The notes beneath the pieces are model-generated. The model had not been told where the DNA came from and ran no database searches. It saw nothing but the letters and a program-made list of their open reading frames with translations. From positions 1-48,114 of the forward strand of contig JBBIOM010000015.1 of NCBI GenBank assembly GCA_037443365.1: a stretch of 48,114 nucleotides of DNA, given 5' to 3'. The position numbers and the translations under genes are program-made. The number at the start of each line of letters is the position of its first letter. The stretch's first letter is position 1. This DNA is from Armatimonadota bacterium. GTDB taxonomy: Bacteria; Sysuimicrobiota; Sysuimicrobiia; Sysuimicrobiales; Humicultoraceae. Positions 9,178 through 18,811 of this stretch are shown here, in pieces.

Positions 9178-10109
9178 GCCGGCACCCCGTCCGAGCGCGC
9201 CGCCTGCCGCGTACCGTCGGCGTCCAGCGCCGCGAGCAGCGCCGGGGCGACGTCGGTGATGGCGCGCACGTCCTGGAAGGCGCCGCACCCGGGCCCCACG
9301 GCCAGGACCGGCACAGGGTGCCGGGTGTGCGCGCGCGTGCGGCCGTCCTCCAGGTTGCCGTGATCGCTGGCAAGCAGCAGCGTGGTTCTGGCGTCCAGAC
9401 GATGCAGGATGCCGTCCAGCAGTTCGTCCGTCATGTCCACGACCGCCTCCGCCGAGAGGGCGGTGCGCCCGTGCGCCGCCAGGTCAGTCAGGAAGAACTC
9501 GAAGAAGGTCAGGTCCGCGCGTGCGGCCAGGTCGGCCAGGCGGTGTCCGGCCATCCTCGGGGTCAGGGCCTGGATGTCGTGCCCCCACCTGCGCAGCCGG
9601 TGGTTCACGAGATCGTGGAAGACCGCGCACCCGGCGCGCAGGTCATCCAGCAGGCGAAGCCGTACCCCCGCGGCCCAGGCAGCATGGGTGATGGCGGTCA
9701 TCCTGATCCGCCGCAGCGCCAGCGCCGAGAAGAACTCTGGGCTGTAGGCGTTTGCCAGCGCCACGCGCAGGCCGCGCCGTCGCGCCCGCGCGAAGATGCT
9801 GTGCTCTCCCAGCAGGTCCCGCAGGGTCGCGGTGGGGTAGGCGCTCACGTGTCGGCCGGCGATCGCCGCCGCGTTGCGGCCTGTGAGTAGCGAGGTCTGC
9901 GCGGTGGCGCTCTGCGGCAGCCCTGCCATGCCCAGGCTGGCGTCCGCGGAGCGCATCAGCACTCCCGGGCGACTCACGGGCTCGCGCGCGACGAGCGGGC
10001 CGCCCAGCAGCCGGCGCAGCATCGGTGTCGCCGCGCGCGCGAAGGGGTTACTGGCGGGGTCCGCGGTGCCCAGGCCCACGCCGTCCAGGAACAGGAACAG
10101 GAACGGCAC
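9174..10109 (-). CDS. metalloenzyme-superfamily protein (iPGM/phosphopentomutase-like catalytic domain)
   Basis: FLFLDGVG, PQSATAQT, TDLAAH, ASDHGN, HTRHPVP; probable GTG start at 10109. Confidence 0.85.
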   Translation of the reverse strand: MPFLFLFLDGVGLGTADPASNPFARAATPMLRRLLGGPLVAREPVSRPGVLMRSADASLGMAGLPQSATAQTSLLTGRNAAAIAGRHVSAYPTATLRDLLGEHSIFARARRRGLRVALANAYSPEFFSALALRRIRMTAITHAAWAAGVRLRLLDDLRAGCAVFHDLVNHRLRRWGHDIQALTPRMAGHRLADLAARADLTFFEFFLTDLAAHGRTALSAEAVVDMTDELLDGILHRLDARTTLLLASDHGNLEDGRTRAHTRHPVPVLAVGPGCGAFQDVRAITDVAPALLAALDADGTRQAARSDGVPA

Positions 10110-10115
10110 GCCCCC

Positions 10116-10121
10116 ATTATA
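10116..10121 (-). promoter_or_regulatory. -10 box giving a probable leaderless transcript
   Basis: TATAAT 6 nt upstream of GTG 10109 with no Shine-Dalgarno in between. Confidence 0.6.
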
Positions 10122-10141
10122 GACGAGACGGCGACGCCCAC

Positions 10142-11884
10142 CTAGCCGCGCCGCCGCGGGCGTCCCTCGCGGCGCCCGAGCAGCGCGCGCAGCGATGCGA
10201 GAGGCAGCGTGTTGATGACGTCGCGCGCCTCGGCCCACCCGCGCCGCGCGGTTCCCACTCCCAGGGGCATGCTGCGCATCTGCGCGCACGAGTGCGCATC
10301 GGTCCCTATCGCCAGGCGTACCCCCCGCTCCCTGGCCATGCGTACGTCCGTGTCCTTGAGGTCCAGGCGCTCCGGCGCGGCGTTGATCTCAAGCGCTGTC
10401 CCGGTTCGCGCCGCGGCGTCCGCGATCGCCTCGATGTCCACCTCGTAGGGATCGCGCGCGCCGAGCAGGCGGCCGGTGGGGTGCCCCAGGACGTCCACGT
10501 GCTCGCTCTCCATCGCCCGGATCATGCGCGCGGTCATCTCCGCGCGGCTCATGCGGAAGCCGGTGTGCACCGAGGCGATCACGAGATCGAGGTCGCGCAG
10601 CAGGTCGTCAGGATAGTCGAGGGTGCCGTCGGCGGCGATGTCGCACTCGGTGCCGGCGAGAACCGCGATCCCCAGGCGGTCGGAGAGGGCGCGCAGTTGC
10701 CGGATGTGTTCCCGCAGCCTGGCGGCCGGCACTCCGCCCGCGATCTTGAGCGACTGCGAGTGATCGGTCACGCAAACGTACTCGTACCCCATCGCCAGAG
10801 CGGCCGCGGCGATCTCCTCGGCGCTATCGGCGCCGTCGCTCCATGTGGTGTGCACGTGCAGCTCACCCCGGATGTCGGCGACCTCGATCAGCCGCGGCAG
10901 CCGCCCGGCCACCGCCGCCTCGATCTCGCCCTGATCCTCCCTGAGCTCAGGGGGGATCCACGGCAGACCCAGGGCACGATAGACATCCTCCTCGTTGCGC
11001 CCGGCCACGCGCCTGGCGCCCCCTGCCCGCCATACCCCGTACTCGTTTAGTTTCAGCCCTGCGCGCACCGCGCGCTCGCGCAGGGCAACGTTGTGCTCCT
11101 TGCTGCCCGTGAAGTACTGCAGCGCAGCGCCGTACGCGGCCGGCTCCACGACGCGCAGATCGGCCTGCAGCCCTTCGTCGAGCACCACCGACGATCGGGC
11201 GGGGCCGCGCGCCAGCACCTCCCTGACCCCGGGCGTCTCGATGAAGGCGCTCATCACCCTGGTGGGGGCGCGGCTGGTCACCAGGATGTCCAGATCTCCC
11301 ACGGTGTCCTTCATGCGGCGGACGCTCCCGGCGGAGCTGACCTGCGCAACGCCGCGGACCGCCCTCAGCCGCTCCACGAGCTCCTCCACGACAGGCAGGG
11401 CGAAGCCCAGAGGTTTCCGCGCCACCTGGCGCCGCACCATTGCGATGCCGCGAAGTATGGCCTCCTCGGTCTTGGGCCCCATGCGCGGCAGCGCGCGTAC
11501 GCGCCCGGCTGCGGCCGCGGCCTCGAGCTCGTCGAGGGTAGTGACGCCCAGATGCTCGTGCAGCAGCAGCGCGGTCTTGGGCCCGACCTCGGGCACCTGC
11601 ATCAGGGTGGCCAGCCCTGGCGGGAGCGAGGCGGCCAGCTCCTCGTAGGCCCGCATCGTGCCGGTGGCGAGGAACTCCGCGATCTTCTCGGCCAGGGCCT
11701 TACCCACGTGGGGGATGTCGGTGAGGCCGCCCCGGGCAGCGACGGCCGCGACGTCCTCCGCAAGCCCCATAACGGCGCGCGCTGCCTGGCGGTAGGCGTT
11801 TATCCGAAAGACCGACTCGCCTTTGATTTCGAGCAGATCGGCGATGAGCGCGAACCGCTGGGCTACGGCCCGGTTCTGCGTCAC
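10142..11884 (-). CDS. polX: DNA polymerase X / PHP 3'-5' exonuclease
   Basis: HhH repeats, GSVRR, GDLDIL, ADLRVV, YFTGSKEHN, PHP LHVHTTWSDG and GTDAH. Confidence 0.96.
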   Translation of the reverse strand: MTQNRAVAQRFALIADLLEIKGESVFRINAYRQAARAVMGLAEDVAAVAARGGLTDIPHVGKALAEKIAEFLATGTMRAYEELAASLPPGLATLMQVPEVGPKTALLLHEHLGVTTLDELEAAAAAGRVRALPRMGPKTEEAILRGIAMVRRQVARKPLGFALPVVEELVERLRAVRGVAQVSSAGSVRRMKDTVGDLDILVTSRAPTRVMSAFIETPGVREVLARGPARSSVVLDEGLQADLRVVEPAAYGAALQYFTGSKEHNVALRERAVRAGLKLNEYGVWRAGGARRVAGRNEEDVYRALGLPWIPPELREDQGEIEAAVAGRLPRLIEVADIRGELHVHTTWSDGADSAEEIAAAALAMGYEYVCVTDHSQSLKIAGGVPAARLREHIRQLRALSDRLGIAVLAGTECDIAADGTLDYPDDLLRDLDLVIASVHTGFRMSRAEMTARMIRAMESEHVDVLGHPTGRLLGARDPYEVDIEAIADAAARTGTALEINAAPERLDLKDTDVRMARERGVRLAIGTDAHSCAQMRSMPLGVGTARRGWAEARDVINTLPLASLRALLGRREGRPRRRG

Positions 11885-11894
11885 GGAGGGCTCA

Positions 11895-12404
11895 TCAGAA
11901 CTTGTGGTCCAGGCCGACAGGCGGGATCGGGATTGGGCTGATGCGCACAAGGTGCGCGACAGCGCCTCGCTGCGCCGTCGCAACATGCCGCACGATCGGG
12001 GAACGCTCGACGTCCTGGGCTATGGCATCGGAAAACGGTGAGGCCAGCAGGATTCCCAGCCCGGCCATTGACGCGACCAGGGCCTTGAGCGCACCGGTGA
12101 AGATTCCGAGCAGCTGGGCGTACATCGCCGGCCGCTTCCCTCCCGGGAGGGTGCTGAGCAACACGCCCAGCAGCGCGTACACGACCAGGAAGGCCAGGAC
12201 GAACCCGATGGTGCGTCCCCACTCCAGGGGCAGGGGGCTCCCCCCTGCTATGCGCTCGCCCACCGCGGGGAAGACGATCGCGGCCACCGCGTAGGCGAGC
12301 ACGAGCGCGAATGCGCCCAGCATGGAAGCCAGGGCGCCCTTGAACATCCCCTGTATGACGAACCCGACCAGCAGCACCACCGCGATCCAGTCAAGCCAGG
12401 TCAC
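11895..12404 (-). CDS. cvpA: CvpA (colicin V production) family membrane protein
   Basis: WLDWIAVV...QGMFKG N-terminus, 4 TM helices; upstream of polX like Bacillus yshB; AGGAGGT before GTG 12404. Confidence 0.8.
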   Translation of the reverse strand: MTWLDWIAVVLLVGFVIQGMFKGALASMLGAFALVLAYAVAAIVFPAVGERIAGGSPLPLEWGRTIGFVLAFLVVYALLGVLLSTLPGGKRPAMYAQLLGIFTGALKALVASMAGLGILLASPFSDAIAQDVERSPIVRHVATAQRGAVAHLVRISPIPIPPVGLDHKF

Positions 12405-12467
12405 CGCGATCACCTCCTGCGAGCGCACTCACCAAGGAACAGTGCCCAACTCGCGGCACTGGCATAC

Positions 12468-14531
12468 CTACGCGCGGATCGTAACCGGCAGGCGCGCGGC
12501 GAGGGCCGCGCTGATCGCCTGCATCAGCGCCTCGACTTCCTCGCCGGTAAGCGTGCGATCCGCGGCGCGGAATGTCAGCGTGTAGGCCAGGTTGCGCGTC
12601 CCAGGAGCAAGCGGTGGGCCGGAGTAGGCATCGAACAGCTCCACCGCCTCCAGCAGCGCGCCGCCGGCCTCTACCAGCGCCGCCTGCACCTGTGCTTGGG
12701 GCAGATCCAATGGCGCCACCAGGGCCAGATCGCGTACGACCGCCGGATACTTGGGCATGCGCGCAAAGCTCGGCTGCAGCACGGCGCGGCCGAGCAGCCC
12801 TTCCAGGTCGATCTCGCAGACATGCGTGCGGCCCGGGAGGTCGAGGCGGACCGCAGCCCGGGGATGCAGCTCGCCCAGCACTCCTACCTCGACCCCCTCC
12901 ACGAGCACGCGCCCGCACCGTGCCGGGTGCATCCACGCTGGGCCGCCGGCCACCACGGCCAGCGACCCCACCCGCAGCTCCCCGGCCAGGGTCTCCAGCA
13001 CTCCCCTGAGGTGCAGAAGCGTGACCTCGCGCAGGTCTCGGGCGCCCTCCCAGAACCCGGAAAGCCACGTCCCGCGCATCGCAATCGCCAGCGCGCGCCG
13101 CTCTGCCACCGCGCCGCCGTCACACCGGAAGATGCGGCCGATCTCGAACAGGTGGATCGCCTCCTGCCGCTGCGCCGCGTTGACGCGCACGGCCTCGAGC
13201 AGCCCGGGGAGCAGCGCAGACCGCAGGTGCGTGTGGTCGGACGTGAGCGGATTCGATACAGGCACCGCCCGGCGCCAGGGGTCGTCCTGCGCAACACCCA
13301 GCCGATCCATCGCGCCGGGACCCCCAAGTGACAGCGTGATCGCCTCGGTCAGACCAGCGCGCACGAGCGCGTCGCGCGCCGCCGCCTCGGCCTCCAGGGC
13401 GGCCGGGCGGCGTCCCTGCTGCAGGACCTCGCAGGGCATCGCTTCCGGGATCCGGTCGTAGCCGTGATGGCGCGCAACCTCCTCTATGAGGTCCTCCTCG
13501 CGCTCGAGGTCCCTGCGACCAATCGGGGGCGCGGCGAAGACGGAGTCCTCCTCTCGTCGCACCTCGAGCCCGAGCCGTCCGAGGATGGCCGTCACCTCGT
13601 CCTCGGGTATCTCTGTCCCGAGGACGCGCGCCAGGCGCCGCAGGCGCAGGCGAATTGCAGGTCTGGGCACGGGCGCCGGGTATGCGTCCAGCGCGCCGCG
13701 GTGCACCTTCCCCCCGGCAAGATCGGCTATGAGCCCGGCTGCGCGGCGGGCGGCCCGGGCGACCCCATCTGGATCCACCCCACGCTCAAAACGAGCGCTG
13801 GCCTCGGTGCGCAGGCCCAGGCGCCTGCTGGTACGGCGCACGCTCGACGGCGCGAACGACGCGGCCTCGAGCAGCACGGCCCGGGTCTTCGGGCCTATCT
13901 CAGTCGCGGCGCCGCCCATGATGCCGGCCAGGGCCACCGGACGGCGGGCGTCAGCGATCACAAGCATCTCGGGATCGAGGGTGCGGCCCACACCGTCCAG
14001 CGTCTCCAGGTGCTCGCCCGGCAGGGCCGGGCGCACGACGATGCGGCGTCCCTCCAGCAGATCGAGGTCGAAGGCGTGCAGGGGCTGTCCCAGTTCCAGC
14101 ATCGCGTAGTTCGTCGCGTCTACCACCGAGTTGACGCACCGGATGCCGGCGGCCTCAAGCCTGGAGGCGATGGACGAGGGCGACGGGCCGGCCGTGATTC
14201 CAGTGATGACGTACGCCAGGTAGCGCGGGCACAGCGAAGCATCGGCGATCTCCACCGACGCAGTGGAAGCCGCGGGCGGGTCGTCTTCCCGCAGGGTGTC
14301 TGCGGGCAGGCGCGCCTCGCCCCCGGCCCACGCCGCCAGCTCACGTGCGATGCCTACCATGGAGAGCAGATCCGGCCGGTTGGACGCTATCTCCAGGTCT
14401 AGAACCAGGTCGTCGCCGACACGCTCGACTCCCTCCACCCCGATGCCCAGCATGGGCAGGCACTCGACCAGCGCGTCGACCGAGGCGGGCAGCTCCACGT
14501 ACTCTCTCAGCCACGACAGCGGGGCGCGCAT
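12468..14531 (-). CDS. pheT: phenylalanine--tRNA ligase beta subunit (short form)
   Basis: SWLREYV, NRPDLLS, GQPLHAFD, DLEREEDLIEEVAR, C-terminal anticodon-binding domain. Confidence 0.97.
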   Translation of the reverse strand: MRAPLSWLREYVELPASVDALVECLPMLGIGVEGVERVGDDLVLDLEIASNRPDLLSMVGIARELAAWAGGEARLPADTLREDDPPAASTASVEIADASLCPRYLAYVITGITAGPSPSSIASRLEAAGIRCVNSVVDATNYAMLELGQPLHAFDLDLLEGRRIVVRPALPGEHLETLDGVGRTLDPEMLVIADARRPVALAGIMGGAATEIGPKTRAVLLEAASFAPSSVRRTSRRLGLRTEASARFERGVDPDGVARAARRAAGLIADLAGGKVHRGALDAYPAPVPRPAIRLRLRRLARVLGTEIPEDEVTAILGRLGLEVRREEDSVFAAPPIGRRDLEREEDLIEEVARHHGYDRIPEAMPCEVLQQGRRPAALEAEAAARDALVRAGLTEAITLSLGGPGAMDRLGVAQDDPWRRAVPVSNPLTSDHTHLRSALLPGLLEAVRVNAAQRQEAIHLFEIGRIFRCDGGAVAERRALAIAMRGTWLSGFWEGARDLREVTLLHLRGVLETLAGELRVGSLAVVAGGPAWMHPARCGRVLVEGVEVGVLGELHPRAAVRLDLPGRTHVCEIDLEGLLGRAVLQPSFARMPKYPAVVRDLALVAPLDLPQAQVQAALVEAGGALLEAVELFDAYSGPPLAPGTRNLAYTLTFRAADRTLTGEEVEALMQAISAALAARLPVTIRA

Positions 14532-15515
14532 CTAGAACTGCTCCAGCAGCCTGAGATCGTTCTCCCACAGCAGGCGGATGTCGGGAATCCCGTGGCGCAC
14601 CATCGCCGGCCTGTCCACACCGAGACCGAACGCGAAGGCGGTGTATCTCTCGGGATCTATCCCCGCCATCTCCAACACCCTGGGATGAAACATGCCGCAC
14701 CCGCCCAGTTCGAGCCAGCGACCCTCAAAGGAGACGGCCAGTTCTGCGCTGGGCTCGGTGAACGGGAAGTAGCCGGGCTGAAAGCGCGTCCGGGCATGCG
14801 GACCGAACATCTCGCGGGCGAACGTGGCCAGCACCCCCTTGAGGTCGGCGAACGTGATCGCCTCGCCGACCATGAAGCCGTCCACCTGGTGAAACACCGG
14901 CATGTGGGTGGCGTCCACGGGGTCGCGGCGATAGCATCTCCCGCTGGTCAGGATGCGCATGGGCGGAGTCCGCCCCATCATGACCCTGACGTCAACCACG
15001 GTGGCGTGCGTGCGCAGCAGCAGGTCATCACCCAGATAGAACGTGTCCTGCGTGTCACGGGCCGGGTGCTCGCGCGGCATGTTGAGCCGCTCGAAGTTGA
15101 ACTCATCGGTCTCGACCTCGGTCCCCTCAACGACCTCGAATCCCAGCCCTACGAAGATACGCTCGACCTCATCGAGCGTGCGCCGCAGCACGTGCCGGCG
15201 CCCCAGCGGCCCGCGCCGGCCCGGCAGCGACACGTCGAGCCGTTCGGCCGCAAGACGATCCACCTCCTCGCTGGCGGCGAGTTCGGCGAAGCGGCTCTCG
15301 AAGGCCGCCCGCAGCGTCGCCTGCACGGTGTTGAGGCGCGCGCCGAGCGAGGCGCGCTCGGTTCCGCTCAGGGAGGGCAGCCGTCTGAGCATCGCGGCGA
15401 GGTCGCCCCGTCGCCCCAGCGCGCGGAGGCGCACGGCCTCCAGCGCCTGCGGTGTTGTCGCGCCCTTGAGCGCCTCGAGCGTCCTGGACAGCAGCCGGTC
15501 AACCTCGTCGGGCAT
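14532..15515 (-). CDS. pheS: phenylalanine--tRNA ligase alpha subunit
   Basis: HPARDTQDTF, YRRD, FHQVDG, YFPFTEPS, AFGLGVDR. Confidence 0.98.
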   Translation of the reverse strand: MPDEVDRLLSRTLEALKGATTPQALEAVRLRALGRRGDLAAMLRRLPSLSGTERASLGARLNTVQATLRAAFESRFAELAASEEVDRLAAERLDVSLPGRRGPLGRRHVLRRTLDEVERIFVGLGFEVVEGTEVETDEFNFERLNMPREHPARDTQDTFYLGDDLLLRTHATVVDVRVMMGRTPPMRILTSGRCYRRDPVDATHMPVFHQVDGFMVGEAITFADLKGVLATFAREMFGPHARTRFQPGYFPFTEPSAELAVSFEGRWLELGGCGMFHPRVLEMAGIDPERYTAFAFGLGVDRPAMVRHGIPDIRLLWENDLRLLEQF

Positions 15516-15544
15516 GCGCGCCTCCCAGAACGAACCAGCAATGC

Positions 15545-15835
15545 CGAGGCGCCTCCGCCCACAGGGGCGAAAGCGCCTGACTTCCGCGGTACCACCCTCA
15601 TTGACCGGACCAGCGTTGCCATCCGGTCGCTCGTGCCCCGCTAACGGGGGGTTTCCGGCCGGGCCTAGTGGCGCTGCCGCGCGTTCGGCCCGGCGGCTTG
15701 GGAGCGAACTTCCCGTCGGTGCGCGCTCGAAGGGGCTTGCAGTCGTGGCCCCCCTCCCTGCGTCCGCGCGCCCTATTGAGCGCGCGCCTCTCGAGCCGCC
15801 TCCGCGGTACTTGTCTCCTTCATCGCCACGGCGAT
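15545..15835 (-). ncRNA. T-box riboswitch, Phe (UUC) specifier
   Basis: GCGATGA and AGTA in stem I, CAGGGAG AG-box, specifier GAAG-UUC-G (15708-15706), CCGTTA stem IIA/B, T-box AATGAGGGTGGTACCGCG pairing with TTTCGCCCCT; directly upstream of pheS. Confidence 0.93.
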
Positions 15836-15848
15836 GTAGCTTGCCGCG

Positions 15849-15878
15849 AGTATAGCACAGGGCAAAACCCTGTCACAA
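15849..15878 (-). promoter_or_regulatory. extended -10 promoter of the T-box/pheST leader
   Basis: TGCTATACT (15857-15849), with GTGACA or TTGTGA as -35 candidates. Confidence 0.75.
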
Positions 15879-16670
15879 CAAGGCGGGCGGGGCGCGCCTA
15901 CGGACGATCTCGAACAGGAGCACACCGGCCGCCACCGCGGCGTTGAGCGACTCCACCGGCCCGGGCATGGGTATGCGCACGCGCGCGCCCAGATCGAACC
16001 AGGCCGGATTTGGCCCGGCTGCCTCATTTCCGATTACGATGGCGAGCGGAGGGTCAAGCGATGCGGTGGTGTAGTCCCTGTCGCCCCGGGCGTCCGCCAC
16101 GACCACGCGCACGCCGCACCCGGCAAGCGCGGCTCGCAACTCGGCGCCGCCCAGCGCGAGTATGGGGATCCTGAAGACCGCCCCAACAGAGGCGCGGACC
16201 ACCTTGGGGTGAAACGCGTCGGCGGCGCCCTCGGTAGCCGCGACGGCCGAAGCCCCGGACGCGGCTGCGGTGCGCACCATGGCACCAAGGTTCCCAGGAT
16301 CCTGGATGCCGTCGGCCACGAGCAGCACCAACCCGCTCGAGGCCAGGATCGCCGCGCTGGGCTGGGGAGGGCGCCGCGCCAGGGCGACGATGCCCTGCGA
16401 TGTCACCACGCCGCTGGCGGCCTGCACTACGCGCGGCGTGGCAGTCCGGACGCGCGCGCCGGCAGCGGCCAGCCGCGCGCCCAGCGAGAGGGTGGCGGGG
16501 TTCTGCTCCCTGTCGGACATGAGCGCGGACTCGACCACGATCCCGGCGTCGAGGGCTTCGCCCACGAGCCGCGGGCCATCCAGCAGTATGCGCCGGGCAG
16601 GATCAAGGCGCGGATGCTCGCCCGCCCGTCGCATCGCCTGCACAAGGGGATGACGCGTGGACGTGATCAC
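15873..16670 (-). CDS. TrmH/SpoU family RNA methyltransferase
   Basis: QDPGNLGAMVRTA, IGNEAAG, IPMPGPVESLNAAVA SPOUT motifs. Confidence 0.95.
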   Translation of the reverse strand: MITSTRHPLVQAMRRAGEHPRLDPARRILLDGPRLVGEALDAGIVVESALMSDREQNPATLSLGARLAAAGARVRTATPRVVQAASGVVTSQGIVALARRPPQPSAAILASSGLVLLVADGIQDPGNLGAMVRTAAASGASAVAATEGAADAFHPKVVRASVGAVFRIPILALGGAELRAALAGCGVRVVVADARGDRDYTTASLDPPLAIVIGNEAAGPNPAWFDLGARVRIPMPGPVESLNAAVAAGVLLFEIVRRRAPPALL

Positions 16671-16682
16671 GTCACCGATCTG

Positions 16683-17345
16683 CTAGAGTGACGTCTCCAG
16701 CCGGGTGAGCTGGCGGTTCTCCCCTACCACGACCAGCACGTCCCCGGCCTCGAGCACCGCATCGGCTCCCGGGGATATCAGCAGTTGGCTGTCCCGGCGA
16801 ATCAACAGCAGGCTGACGCCAAACCGGGCCCTGAGATCCAGTTTGCCCACGGTTTGCCCCACGAGGCGGTCGGGAACGCTCAGCTCCTCGATCGAGAACG
16901 TGGGGGAGATCTCGATGTAGTCGAGCACCCCCGGCGACGAGAGAGTGTGCGCGATGCGCACGCCCATGTCGCGTTCAGGGTAGATGACCGCGTCCGCGCC
17001 GACGCGCTCCAGCACCTTACCCTGCAGGTCGTTGGAGGCCTTGGCCACGATCTTCTTGCAGCCCAACTCCTTGAGGATCAGCGTGGTCAGAATGCTCTCC
17101 TGCACGGCGGCGCCGATCGCCACTACCACGGCGTCCATGTTCGCGATCCCCACGCCCTTGAGCGCCTCGGCGTCCGTTGAATCTAGCTGGACCGCGTGGG
17201 TCACGTCATCGGCTATGCGCCGAAGCGAGTCCTCCTTCACGTCAATCGCGAGCACCCTGTGCCCCAGCTGGTACAGCGTCGTCGCGACACTCCGGCCGAA
17301 CCGCCCCATTCCGACTACCGCGAAATCGCCCATCGTCATCTCCAC
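16683..17345 (-). CDS. ktrA: K+ uptake regulatory subunit (RCK_N + RCK_C)
   Basis: GMGRFG, PERDMG, C-terminal TrkA_C domain. Confidence 0.93.
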   Translation of the reverse strand: MEMTMGDFAVVGMGRFGRSVATTLYQLGHRVLAIDVKEDSLRRIADDVTHAVQLDSTDAEALKGVGIANMDAVVVAIGAAVQESILTTLILKELGCKKIVAKASNDLQGKVLERVGADAVIYPERDMGVRIAHTLSSPGVLDYIEISPTFSIEELSVPDRLVGQTVGKLDLRARFGVSLLLIRRDSQLLISPGADAVLEAGDVLVVVGENRQLTRLETSL

Positions 17346-17386
17346 CCGTCGGGTACCTCGGCCGCAGCGCGCGGCCGGGCTCCCCG

Positions 17387-18739
17387 TTATCCAATGAACA
17401 GCCTTTCCTCAGGATAGCGGACCCTGGGCAGACGTTGCCTCCTGGTCAATCCGAAGGCAATCGTCAGCAGCCCGACGCGTCCGCTGAAGACGGTCAGCAT
17501 TATGATAAGCCTTCCCCACGGCGTGAGGTGCGGGGTCAGCCCGGTGCTCAGCCCCACGGTCCCGAAGCCCGACGTGACCTCGAACAGCGCCGTCAGGAAC
17601 TCCACGCCCTCGGAGAGGGTGAGCAGCACCGACATCGTCAGCACGAACGCCAAGGAGACGAAGGCTATGGTGAGGGCCTTGCTGATGTTCTGGGTCAGGA
17701 TCCGGCGCCCGAACAGCACAGGGTCACCGGCCCCCCGGATCGTGCTGAGAATCACGGCAAGGGGCGTCATGAACGTCGTGGTCTTGATGCCTCCGCCGGT
17801 GCCTCCCGGCGAAGCGCCGATGAACATGAGGGCGACGAGAAGCACGAGCGTTGGTTGAGCCAGGGAGCCGATGTCTATCGTCGAGAAGCCCGCGGTCCTG
17901 GGCGTCACCGCCTGGAAGAAGGCCGCGAGCATGCGCGCGGGAACTGGCAGGGATCCCAGCGTGTTGGGATTGCCAAACTCGAGCAGCGCGATCAGCGCCC
18001 ACCCGGCGCCGATCAGCATCGCCGTTGCCAGCAGCACGGTCTTGGAGTGCAGCGTCAGGCGCCGGGCTCGCAGGTCGAACAGCACCGCGAACCCCAGGCC
18101 ACCGAGGATAACGAGCCCTGCGATCACGCCCGACACCACGGGATCTCGGGCGTATGCCGAGAGGCTCCGAAAGCCACCCATCAGGTCGAAGCCGGCGTTG
18201 TTGAACGCCGAGACTGCGTGGAAGACCCCGATGTACAGGGCGCGCCCGGGCGGCTCCTGGCCCAGCCAGCGCAGGGCCAGCAGCGCCGCGCCCGCGGCCT
18301 CGATCGCTGCCGTCATCAATACGAGCCGGCGTGTGAACCGCACAGCGCCCCCCAGATCGTAGAGGCTGTGCGACTCGGTCAGGACGATCCGCTCCCTCAA
18401 CCCGATGCGCCACCCCAGCAGCATGGCCAGGATCGCCCATGAGGTCATGTAGCCGAATCCCCCGAGTTGTATCAGCACCAGTATGACGAGCTCGCCGAAG
18501 GTTGAGTAGTGATCCGCGGTGTCCACCACGACGAGGCCGGTCACGCAGGTCGCCGACGTGGCCGTAAACATCGCCGTAAGAAACGGCGTGGGACGGCCCG
18601 ATTCGGAGGCGAGAGGCAGGCAGAGCAGCACAGTGCCCGCCAGTATGATGGCGATGAATCCGGCAATGATGGTCTGGGAGGGGCTGAGGGTAAGCCGTCC
18701 TGACCGGGGGCGTCGATCCAGAACGAACTGGCGAGCCAT
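17387..18739 (-). CDS. ktrB: K+ uptake membrane subunit (KtrB/TrkH)
   Basis: Pore loops SATCVTGL, FNNAGF, PRTAGF, FGTVGLS; GGTGGGIK. Confidence 0.95.
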   Translation of the reverse strand: MARQFVLDRRPRSGRLTLSPSQTIIAGFIAIILAGTVLLCLPLASESGRPTPFLTAMFTATSATCVTGLVVVDTADHYSTFGELVILVLIQLGGFGYMTSWAILAMLLGWRIGLRERIVLTESHSLYDLGGAVRFTRRLVLMTAAIEAAGAALLALRWLGQEPPGRALYIGVFHAVSAFNNAGFDLMGGFRSLSAYARDPVVSGVIAGLVILGGLGFAVLFDLRARRLTLHSKTVLLATAMLIGAGWALIALLEFGNPNTLGSLPVPARMLAAFFQAVTPRTAGFSTIDIGSLAQPTLVLLVALMFIGASPGGTGGGIKTTTFMTPLAVILSTIRGAGDPVLFGRRILTQNISKALTIAFVSLAFVLTMSVLLTLSEGVEFLTALFEVTSGFGTVGLSTGLTPHLTPWGRLIIMLTVFSGRVGLLTIAFGLTRRQRLPRVRYPEERLFIG

Positions 18740-18811
18740 CTACGGATCCGGTGCTGACGCCGCAACCCGGCCTGGGACCGCGCGCAACTGCCGGGCTGCG
18801 ATGACCGTCGG

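Noticed and set aside
18740..18811. c-di-AMP (ydaO) riboswitch upstream of ktrB
   Set aside because: The gap is only 72 nt and lacks the GCUGAAUC-type core
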